NCBI GenBank assembly: GCA_963762565.1
Contig: CAVXLD010000001.1
Location: forward strand, 480,001 to 544,000
Direction of reading: 5' to 3'
From: an uncultured Verrucomicrobiae bacterium
GTDB lineage: Bacteria; Verrucomicrobiota; Verrucomicrobiia; Chthoniobacterales; JAFAMB01
DNA: 64,000 nucleotides
Shown here: in pieces, positions 9,785-17,800 of the stretch
How positions within the stretch are numbered: the stretch's first letter is position 1
Layout: every line of letters starts with the position of its first letter
Translations under genes and position numbers: made by a program
Notes under the pieces: generated by a model
Seen by the model: the letters and a program-made list of their open reading frames with translations, nothing else
Databases searched by the model: none
What the model was told of the DNA's origin: nothing

Positions 9785-10163
9785 TGGTAGGGCGAGGCCG
9801 GCCGCTTCGCGGCGATGACGAATAGCAGATAGCAAATTTGGTTGTCGCTTGCAGAGCGCTGCCACCGATCTGGTGGGGCGAGGCTCCGGATTAGCCGGGC
9901 AAGACCGCAACGAGAACTGGCGTTTCGTCGGTATATCAGATGCGGTATCCAATAGCTGCCGAGCCGGGGATTGCGCGGACCACGGCTCGGCAGCTCTTAG
10001 TTATTGCACACATCAATTAGTGCATGGCTATCCGCCCTGCCTACCTCTTCACTCGTTCCGCAGCCTCGCCCCACCAAGCTGAGCGCGCGTGGCCTTCTGC
10101 AAGTTCTGGCACGTGCATTTGCTATTTGCTATCACCGCGAAGCGGCCGGCCTCGCCCTACCAA
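9785..10163. repeat. Nested GTAG/GTGG-tagged palindromic element, family B
   Basis: Outer IR ttggtagggcgaggccggccgcttcgcgg / ccgcgaagcggccggcctcgccctaccaa enclosing an inner inverted pair ggtggggcgaggc / gcctcgccccacc. Confidence 0.85.
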
Positions 10164-10229
10164 CGTTTAGGCCACTTTCTTCGATAAGTGGTTGCTCACC
10201 GCCACAAACTGTAATAACAGTATTACTTA

Positions 10230-12092
10230 ATGTTAGAAGTTCTCGCCCATGCCGGTTCCGGACCGCCCGACATCCCCCAGCCGGCGTTGGCACCTTCTTC
10301 ACCACACGATCCCCTCTCTTACCATTCGAACACCGGCACCGTCATTCGCCTCCCCAACTATCAGCCCGGGTTGCCGCCTATCGACCTGCTTGTTCACGGC
10401 GAATATCGTATCCGAGCCCGACCGATCGCACCAAATCGGCCTAGCCCACAAACGCAGGCTGCACCTCGATTCCAGGTCGATGTTTGCACACACCATCACG
10501 TGGTTCGCAGCGAGCGTTACGAAAGCGACGCAACCTCCTTGACCGATGCCGTCGATAAAGCCCGCGCCTGGATTCGGCGACGCCAGTCAATCGATCGTTT
10601 CGCCTTCATGCTTTCCCCCAACCTAATCCTGGTTTGGTGCCTGCTGATGGCCACCATCTGGTTCCTATTTCCACTGGTGTCCTGGGTCAGTTTTGCCCCG
10701 CTCTTCGTCTGTCTAACGGCCACCTTGGGCTGCGCTCCGGCCAGGCGTCACCGCAAAATTACCGCTCGTCTGGCTGGTTTAACCTGGGACCGAAACGACT
10801 TTTGCCGAGGTTGGTTAATCACCGGTGACACTGGCGCGGGCAAGACCTTCGCCATCAATGCTCTTTTACATTCGGTCTTTCAAAACGAGCCGGACTGGGG
10901 CGGACTTTGCTGCGACGAGAAGGGTATCTATCACGAAACCTTGGTCCAAATGACCAAGAAGTATGGCCGGCTCAACGATCTCCGGTTGCTCCAAACCAAG
11001 CCCGATGGCGCCGGAGCCGATTGGGAGCTGCCGGCAACATTCAATCTGCTTTCCGACGATTCGATTCCTGGATCGACCTATGCGACGGTCATCGTTGATA
11101 CGGCCTCCGCCTTAGCCGGAGGTGGCGAAGATAAAGGCTTTTTCAAGACTCAAGCGCACGCTCACATCGGCCGCGGGATTCAACTGTTTCGATTGCTCGG
11201 CTTACGGCCGACCATGCATCACCTATTAGAAACGCTGCAGTACCAACCGATTCTACGGGCGATGTTATCCCGCCTGGATCCGCTAGCCCAGGCCGGAAAC
11301 CGGGAAGCCCGGGAATGCAGCGATCACTTCCTAAACGGTTATCTGCGACAACCTCCTGAGCAATTGGGAGGTGTTATTTCCACTATCTACAATTACCTGA
11401 ACTACTTCACCAATCCTGACCTGGTCCAGGTATTCGGCGCCGAAGAAAACAGTTTCGAATTCTCCGATCTGGATGACGGCGCCATCATTTGCATTGCGAT
11501 GCCGCAGAAGTTTCAGACAGAACGTCGCTACGTCACCACCATCCTGAAGCTGTTGTTCTACACCCACGCCTTGCGCCGGTTCGATCCTCGGCCACCCAAT
11601 AAGCGCCCACTCTCAAGCGATAATCTGTTGATCTGTTGGCAGGATGAAGCCCAGCGATTTGTCAGCGATTCAGACGGAAATGTGGACGTTATCCGTCAAG
11701 CGAACACCACTACGGTACTGGCTGCGCAATCCAAGCTTTCGTTCATACCCCCGCTTGGAAACAAGGATAAAGCAGATGTGACCCTATTGAATCTGCGTAA
11801 TCGGATCATCTTTAAGGCAGCAGACCGCTCTTGCGCCGAAGGTTCTGCTGACTTCATCGGCAAAAAGCTAATCTGGAAAAAATCATACACGCGTGGAATG
11901 GGGAACCGGTCCACCACTCGATCGAGAGAAGAAGAGTACCGGGTAAAGCCATTTGAATTGATGGCCCTTCCGAAGTTCACCGCGGTCGTCAAACATTGCG
12001 AAAAACGTTTTCGAAAATCTCGCATTCATCCGATTGATCCGGATGGAAGAATTCCGCGCTGGTATCCGTGGTGGAGGCGCATTCTAAGATAG
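10230..12092 (+). CDS. Type IV secretion coupling protein, VirD4/TraG-like
   Basis: TM segments, Walker A GDTGAGKT, Walker B WQDEAQRF, LAAQS, and C-terminal EEYRVKPFELMALPKFTAVV typical of T4CPs. Confidence 0.85.
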   Translation: MLEVLAHAGSGPPDIPQPALAPSSPHDPLSYHSNTGTVIRLPNYQPGLPPIDLLVHGEYRIRARPIAPNRPSPQTQAAPRFQVDVCTHHHVVRSERYESDATSLTDAVDKARAWIRRRQSIDRFAFMLSPNLILVWCLLMATIWFLFPLVSWVSFAPLFVCLTATLGCAPARRHRKITARLAGLTWDRNDFCRGWLITGDTGAGKTFAINALLHSVFQNEPDWGGLCCDEKGIYHETLVQMTKKYGRLNDLRLLQTKPDGAGADWELPATFNLLSDDSIPGSTYATVIVDTASALAGGGEDKGFFKTQAHAHIGRGIQLFRLLGLRPTMHHLLETLQYQPILRAMLSRLDPLAQAGNREARECSDHFLNGYLRQPPEQLGGVISTIYNYLNYFTNPDLVQVFGAEENSFEFSDLDDGAIICIAMPQKFQTERRYVTTILKLLFYTHALRRFDPRPPNKRPLSSDNLLICWQDEAQRFVSDSDGNVDVIRQANTTTVLAAQSKLSFIPPLGNKDKADVTLLNLRNRIIFKAADRSCAEGSADFIGKKLIWKKSYTRGMGNRSTTRSREEEYRVKPFELMALPKFTAVVKHCEKRFRKSRIHPIDPDGRIPRWYPWWRRILR

Positions 12093-12123
12093 TGATGAGC
12101 AGACTCGGATGAGCGGAATCATC

Positions 12124-13173
12124 CTACCGGATGCTCGCATAGGTGCGAAACTCCGCCGGATCCAACTGACCTTGCACTTGCTTTAAGGCAGTCTGGAAAT
12201 CGACCATTCCCAATTCTCTTCCCGCCAACATATAGTTTTCTAGTTCTCGTTCGTTTCCCGATATAATCACCGCCTCGGTGTTAAGTGCGTGCACGCAGAT
12301 CTCGCGCACGGCTATTCTTCCTGAGGTTTTCCGTCGTAACAGCCGTTGATTCATCACTAACCGCATCGTTCGTCCGAAAACGTAACGCACCTCAGCCGCC
12401 ATCCGTTCGGGCGCCAGTAGGATCAAACGTCTGACCGTCTCCACCACACTGCTTGCATGCAGCGAACCGATCACCAGATGCCCAGTTTCTGCCGCTTGTA
12501 ATGCGGCTAAAACCGAATCTGCGTCCCGAATCTCACCCACCACAATAACGTCGGGATTCTGCCTCAGGGCTTGACGCAAACCTTCTGCATACGAGGGCAC
12601 ATCCCGTCCGACTTCTCGCTGAATAATTTCCGCTTGGTTTGCTCGGAAAAGGAATTCAACCGGGTCTTCGATAGTCACAACCTTTGCCGGCCGCGAAACA
12701 TTGATGGCTTCGATGATGGCTGCGATGGTGGTGGTTTTTCCTGAGCCGGTTGGTCCGGAGACCAAGACTAATCCATCCGTGAGCGCCACAACGAGGGCGG
12801 CGATGCGTTTAGAAATTCCGATCTCCAGAAGATCAGGCGGCTGTGCCGGCAGTGGACGTAGTGAGGCGAAGAGTTCCCCTTGCGCACGCCCCAGATTGAC
12901 TCGGAACCGAAGGCCGTTGATCTCGGCAGTGTAATCCGCGGCGCCCATCGGCCCGCTAACCTCAGGACCAGCCGCGGGATACAATTTTATCAGCTCGGCA
13001 ATGAGTTCTTGTACTTCACTCCGGGACAAGGCGCCGTCTTCGCTTAGGTGAACGACTCTGCCTTCGAGTCTTGCCGTAACGTTGGCTTGAAAGACAGAGA
13101 TGTCGCTAACCTGATTCGAGCGAACAAACTCCACGACTTGGGCCCATCGCTCTGCAGTTGTCATCGTAAACAC
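12124..13173 (-). CDS. pilT: PilT/PilU family type IV pilus ATPase
   Basis: GPTGSGKTTT, TIEDPVEF, LRQNPDVIVVGEIRD, AAETGHLV. Confidence 0.85.
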   Translation of the reverse strand: MFTMTTAERWAQVVEFVRSNQVSDISVFQANVTARLEGRVVHLSEDGALSRSEVQELIAELIKLYPAAGPEVSGPMGAADYTAEINGLRFRVNLGRAQGELFASLRPLPAQPPDLLEIGISKRIAALVVALTDGLVLVSGPTGSGKTTTIAAIIEAINVSRPAKVVTIEDPVEFLFRANQAEIIQREVGRDVPSYAEGLRQALRQNPDVIVVGEIRDADSVLAALQAAETGHLVIGSLHASSVVETVRRLILLAPERMAAEVRYVFGRTMRLVMNQRLLRRKTSGRIAVREICVHALNTEAVIISGNERELENYMLAGRELGMVDFQTALKQVQGQLDPAEFRTYASIR

Positions 13174-13176
13174 ACC

Positions 13177-13908
13177 TTAGTTATTCGCTGGAGACGGCGC
13201 CGCGCTCAGCTTCTGCTGATTTTCAGGGTGCTTTGGGCAGTAAACCTGCTGGGTTAAGCTAAGCAGGTTTTGGTAATTGGCGCCGGCATTGTCAGGGCAC
13301 TGGGGAATCCCAAATCTAAAGTATGGCTGAAAGTCTGGAATGCTGGGAACACTGGTCGCTCCGGGATGATCCCGGAGATATTCGTCCTTAGCCGCTTCAA
13401 TGGTTAACATATTGTTCAAGCAGACGCGCTGGTTCTGCTGATTGAGTGCGGATAAAACCGAGGTCGTGATCAAGGCCGAGACCAGCGCGATAATGGTGAT
13501 GACAACCAGCAGCTCGATTAAAGAGAGACCAGCGTGCCGCCTCCTTCTCGCTGTGAGGAAATACGTCCACGGCGGCGCATGCCCAGCGCCTGGAGGGGAG
13601 CCGCTTTGTCGCCTGGCAGTTCTATAGGATGGCTGCTGGCGGCTCCCGGGAATAACCCAGCGTGGTGCTTGCACCCAGCCTCCCTGTTTCGGCGCGAATT
13701 GATTCGGACGCCGCACGTAGAACCGCCCTACCCTGGGTCGTTCCCGGGAGCCGCTTGCTGCCAACTTGCAGAGCTGCCGAGTTGCAAAGCGGCTCCCCTC
13801 CAGGCGTTGGGCAGGTGCTGTATCGTATCGCCTTGCAATGCGTGTAACCTTTAGAATCTGAAGGAACCACTTCCTGAAACCTAACCGCGGCTCACCGGTA
13901 GGCCTCAT
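13177..13908 (-). CDS. Type IV prepilin-like protein (start uncertain)
   Basis: Class III signal RRRRHAG/LSLIELLVVITII with E5, C-terminal Cys pair; mature part 13177-13527. Confidence 0.8.
   Translation of the reverse strand: MRPTGEPRLGFRKWFLQILKVTRIARRYDTAPAQRLEGSRFATRQLCKLAASGSRERPRVGRFYVRRPNQFAPKQGGWVQAPRWVIPGSRQQPSYRTARRQSGSPPGAGHAPPWTYFLTARRRRHAGLSLIELLVVITIIALVSALITTSVLSALNQQNQRVCLNNMLTIEAAKDEYLRDHPGATSVPSIPDFQPYFRFGIPQCPDNAGANYQNLLSLTQQVYCPKHPENQQKLSAAPSPANN
13580..13813. repeat. 234-bp imperfect palindromic element, family H
   Basis: 29-bp terminal IR with one mismatch (tgcccagcgcctggaggggagccgctttg) plus extended inner pairing; relative at 58738-59165. Confidence 0.85.
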
Positions 13909-14518
13909 AGTTCTCCAGGTCATCCTTCAACAGAAAATCGCGCAACACTTTCTGGGTCACCAGGTTAAGCGCTCTAAATACGTTCCTGCCAGTCACGCAA
14001 TCACCGGCCAGACGATCAACTTTCCGATCCGGTGCTCGTATTAGCAGATCGATCGCATCGGTCGGTGCTATCTGCTCTTCTGATAGATCGCGCTTATTAT
14101 AGAATAACATCCAGGTTAGTTGCTCAGGCTTGAGGTCAAGTGTTGCCAGATTTTCTTCCAGATTCCTAAGACTCTCGATATTGGCCTCCATTCGATCCCA
14201 TTGTGAGTCCACAATAAAGATTAGACCGTCGGCACCGCGAAGAACCAGTTGCCGCGTTGCGTTGTACATCACCTGGCCTGGAACGGTCCAAAGCTTGAAT
14301 CGCACTTTGAAACCTTTTACTGAGCCACCGGTAATCGGAAGGAAATCAAAGAAAAGCGTCCGGTCATTTTGGGTCGGTAATAAGACTAAGTTACCTCTAT
14401 CCTGCGCATCCACTCGCTCGTGGACATAGCCAATAGAGGATGTCTTACCACCCAGGGCGCAGCCATAGTAAACGATCTTAAATTCGACCTCACCCTTAAC
14501 GAAATTGATGAAAGACAT
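13892..14518 (-). CDS. mglA: MglA-like small GTPase
   Basis: KIVYYGCALGGKTS, DRTLFFDFLP, TVPGQV.YNATR, NKRD. Confidence 0.9.
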   Translation of the reverse strand: MSFINFVKGEVEFKIVYYGCALGGKTSSIGYVHERVDAQDRGNLVLLPTQNDRTLFFDFLPITGGSVKGFKVRFKLWTVPGQVMYNATRQLVLRGADGLIFIVDSQWDRMEANIESLRNLEENLATLDLKPEQLTWMLFYNKRDLSEEQIAPTDAIDLLIRAPDRKVDRLAGDCVTGRNVFRALNLVTQKVLRDFLLKDDLENYEAYR

Positions 14519-14595
14519 CTCCCCCAATGCTAGTATTGACCCAACGTATTCGTCGAATGTTTTTATATATAAAAATTTACAGCACTTAAATCGGA

Positions 14596-16083
14596 TTAAC
14601 GATCGGTTATGTCGCCGGCGGTCCGAAATCCGATTCGCTCATCGAGAGTATACGGCGAAAGCTCAACGACTCGCCGGGCTAGTTGCCCGTCTTCGCTCAT
14701 GAAATTCCCGCCTCGGACGACTGGCGATCCACTGCCATCATCACTGGCCGTCCACTCGGAAACATTGCCGGCGAGATCATGCACTCCATAAGGGCTGCAG
14801 TCGCCCGGGTACTGTCCCACTTCTGACCACCCGCCCGTCCGGCGCGCTCCACTATAAAGGTTGGCCGCGCCGGTCTTAGGTTCATCGCCCCAAGGATATT
14901 GTCGTCCATCACTCCCTCTGCCTGCCTTCTCCCACTCCATCTCAGAAGCGAGCCGCCGGTTCTGCCACTTAGCAAAGGCGTATGCGTCAAACCAATCGAG
15001 ATAGACGGCGGGAAAGTTCGGATTCAGACGCACCCCTTTGAACTCGGCCCCGGCAAAGGCGGCCTTGGCATACGCTTCCCAACTGGGATTCGTGTGGCGC
15101 TTGCCCACCCGTTGGTTGGGGTGATCATACTTGGTATTGTCTCCGGCGGCGTCCAGAAACTCCTGATATTGCCACACCGTGACTTCGGTGGAATCGATAT
15201 TAAACGCGGGCAAATCTACTTGCCGGTTGTCTTGAAATATAAATGGCCCCGCGGGGATTAAGATCCTGGAAGGAGTTAGTTTCTGCCAACCGGTTTGGAA
15301 CCCGAACGCCTTCTTTTTGTCGATCAAGTTCTCCCAAACCGCAGAACGGAAACTGTTATTGAGCAAAAGCCAAAGAAGTCCACAGGACACAGCAACAATT
15401 AAAGCGATGGAAACAGCCCGCTTTAGAGTCTGATGTCTGCGCTCTCGATCCTGCTCCTGCGCAATGCGCTGCAACAATTCCGTTGCCGCATCGTGTTCCA
15501 ATTGAGTTTCCTCTCCATTCTTCTCAGATCGCTTGTTCCCAGGCCACCATTTTGCGATCGGTCGCGATGCGGTGAGAAAAGACCGAGACGACATCCTTCT
15601 ACTTCTTCCCTGTCCCACCCTCTGGTGTTCCCACTCGTCGCGTTGGCGTACCGCGTCCATTAGAACTTGCTCCCAACGACCGAAGATGGTCCGCGGAGTT
15701 ACCTGTTCGGGCGGAATAGGCGCAAATTCGAACATCCCCCGCATCCAGCAAAGCACTTCAAGTAGAGCGGGTTCGCCGATCTTTGATTTGGTGACTGCGT
15801 GGATGATCCGCCCGTGTTGGAGCACAATCTCGCCGGTTTCCCCACGACGGCGCACTCTTAAGCGCCCGTCGCGCCGAGCGACACATGCCATCTGAATAAT
15901 ATCAAGGAGCGGGAAGTTGCGCAGTTTACCGCTAAAACCTGCAGCTCCGGCCTTTATCCTGATTGGTCCCGGCGTCGTATCGGTTGGAGCACTTTCCTGT
16001 CGTCCGCCACCACGCATGAGCTTTCGATGTAGACTTGTCCTTCGTTCGATCTGAACCCTAGGCATCGCCGGAAGCGTAGGCAA
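14596..16083 (-). CDS. DUF4388 domain - TM - formylglycine-generating-enzyme (SUMF1) domain protein
   Basis: GFSGKLRNFPLLDIIQM...GRIIHA (DUF4388); TEVT..QY, RLASEMEWEKAGRG, YPWG, DLAGNVSEW, IGFR (FGE-sulfatase). Confidence 0.85.
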   Translation of the reverse strand: MPTLPAMPRVQIERRTSLHRKLMRGGGRQESAPTDTTPGPIRIKAGAAGFSGKLRNFPLLDIIQMACVARRDGRLRVRRRGETGEIVLQHGRIIHAVTKSKIGEPALLEVLCWMRGMFEFAPIPPEQVTPRTIFGRWEQVLMDAVRQRDEWEHQRVGQGRSRRMSSRSFLTASRPIAKWWPGNKRSEKNGEETQLEHDAATELLQRIAQEQDRERRHQTLKRAVSIALIVAVSCGLLWLLLNNSFRSAVWENLIDKKKAFGFQTGWQKLTPSRILIPAGPFIFQDNRQVDLPAFNIDSTEVTVWQYQEFLDAAGDNTKYDHPNQRVGKRHTNPSWEAYAKAAFAGAEFKGVRLNPNFPAVYLDWFDAYAFAKWQNRRLASEMEWEKAGRGSDGRQYPWGDEPKTGAANLYSGARRTGGWSEVGQYPGDCSPYGVHDLAGNVSEWTASDDGSGSPVVRGGNFMSEDGQLARRVVELSPYTLDERIGFRTAGDITDR

Positions 16084-16139
16084 GTCTTTAGCCGCGACGA
16101 AATCGCAATCGTTCTCTTAATGACACCAGCCCATCGCGG

Positions 16140-16315
16140 GGGAGGGATCGCAGCCTGTCCGACATAGCCTTCCATCGAGGGTCTTTTCTTCTCAGCCCTA
16201 GCGACGTCGGATCCCCGCGATCCGTTATCGAAGCCCAGGGCGTATTGAATCTTCGGACGAAAATACACCCTTAGGTTGCGACGCGTTCGCAGCGCGCGGG
16301 GACGCGCGCCCTCCC
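16140..16315 (+). repeat. Family A element interrupted by a family F mini-element (16154-16211)
   Basis: Removing cctgtccgacatagcc...tagcgacgtcgga restores a unit of about 118 bp. Confidence 0.8.
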
Positions 16316-16360
16316 CGGATTCGAGGACGAGCACGAAGCGCCTGACGAGCCTAAGGCGAG

Positions 16361-17530
16361 TCACCCCGGTAACGCCCCCACATACCGCGCTCGAGGACGG
16401 ATTAGATCGCCCTGGCGATGTTGCTCGATGGCATGGCCGATCCAACCAGCGACGCGGCCAAGAGCAAAGATCGTAACCGGCGAGCCCGCCGGAAGATCGA
16501 AGGCGCGAGCCACCGCCGCTAAAGCCAAATCAATGTTTGCAGGTTTTCGGAGCACTTGAGCGGCCTGGGTAACCCGCTTTGCTTGAGCCTCGCCTGCCCT
16601 GATTTTTCTTAGCATCTGCATGAGTGCTTTAGCACGGATGTCACCTCCCGGGTAGAGCGGATGCCCGAATCCAGGAATAAACCCTTTCTGTCTCTGCCAC
16701 TCTACCAGTGTGGTACGCAACGCCTTGCTGCACTCCAGCTCGGCGAGTAGTTGATAGCAGACCAGACTCATGCCGGCATGACGATGGCCTCTCAACGCAC
16801 AGAGTCCTGCCAATACGACTTCATAGAGACTGCTTCCAGCTGAGGCCACAACACGTGCTGTGAAGGAGGAAGCGTTTAGCTCGTGATCCATGCACAAGAT
16901 CAGCGCAGCGTTCAGCACGCCGGCCAGCTCCGGACTTCCGGGTGCCCACTTTTGCTGCAATTGTTCCGCCGCGGTCTCCAAGCGCACGTTAGAACGCCCG
17001 ATCAAACATCTTAGAAACAGCTCCAGGATTCTCCACCCAGTCGATAGCGCATTAGGCACGGTAAGATCATATCCGCCAACATCATGGTCGCTCAGTTCCA
17101 GCAGGGACCGTTGAAACTCTCTTAGCGGCGATGAACCGGGTTCTGGCTTGAGAGGGGGGCCGTCCGCAAACACCTCAAAAGGCTGATCTCGGTTCCAGAA
17201 CCATCGAACCGCCCTGGAAAACGGCTCCGATCGCGCCAGGTCAACTGCGTTGCGGCCTCGGTAATAAAGCTGTCCCTCATCAATGAGCGTCAACTCCGTT
17301 TCCAACAGCGGTACGCCCCAAGACAAAGCAGTCGTGAGTTTGGTCGCAGGCTCACGGCGGACTTCTTTCCGTTGCCGCAGCCGTTCCAAATCCAGTCGAT
17401 TGTATCGACGCGACCGGGAATTATCTCCGGCTTCGGATCGAACCCAGCCGCGACTCACATAAGCATACAAGGTCTGCCGCGACACACCAAGGTAGCGGGC
17501 GGCTTCGGCGGAGGTAAGGAGAAGGTTCAT
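16361..17530 (-). CDS. HTH-citrate synthase fold fusion protein
   Basis: N-terminal excisionase/MerR-like HTH (AEAARYLGVSRQTLYAYVSRG); DHELNAS, GHRHAG, GFGHPLY, ANID. Confidence 0.9.
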   Translation of the reverse strand: MNLLLTSAEAARYLGVSRQTLYAYVSRGWVRSEAGDNSRSRRYNRLDLERLRQRKEVRREPATKLTTALSWGVPLLETELTLIDEGQLYYRGRNAVDLARSEPFSRAVRWFWNRDQPFEVFADGPPLKPEPGSSPLREFQRSLLELSDHDVGGYDLTVPNALSTGWRILELFLRCLIGRSNVRLETAAEQLQQKWAPGSPELAGVLNAALILCMDHELNASSFTARVVASAGSSLYEVVLAGLCALRGHRHAGMSLVCYQLLAELECSKALRTTLVEWQRQKGFIPGFGHPLYPGGDIRAKALMQMLRKIRAGEAQAKRVTQAAQVLRKPANIDLALAAVARAFDLPAGSPVTIFALGRVAGWIGHAIEQHRQGDLIRPRARYVGALPG

Positions 17531-17542
17531 CGGGGTCTGTCC

Positions 17543-17732
17543 GTGGAGCGCTGCCTCGCTTGCGAGGCCGTGGCGAGCAGGGCTGATGACGAGGCATATC
17601 GGCGGCTCCCCTCGTTCCCTCGCATGTCCCGGACTCGGCCTATGTACGACACAGTGCGCAGCACACAAAGCGACCTATATCATTTCGAATACCCTTGCTC
17701 ACCACGGCCTCGCAAGCGAGGCAACGCTCCAC
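17543..17732. repeat. Inverted REP doublet, family C
   Basis: gtggagcgctgcctcgcttgcgaggccgtgg ... ccacggcctcgcaagcgaggcaacgctccac; same unit as the array at 52729. Confidence 0.85.
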
Positions 17733-17745
17733 AGTCAGCCATCAT

Positions 17746-17794
17746 ATTGATTTATCAATCAACATTGACGACATAACGAATCCGTTCTCATGCT
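17746..17794 (+). promoter_or_regulatory. Palindromic operator plus sigma70-like promoter
   Basis: ATTGAT-TT-ATCAAT (17746-17759), TTGACG (17765-17770), CATGCT (17789-17794), ATG at 17801. Confidence 0.6.
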
Positions 17795-17800
17795 AACCAC

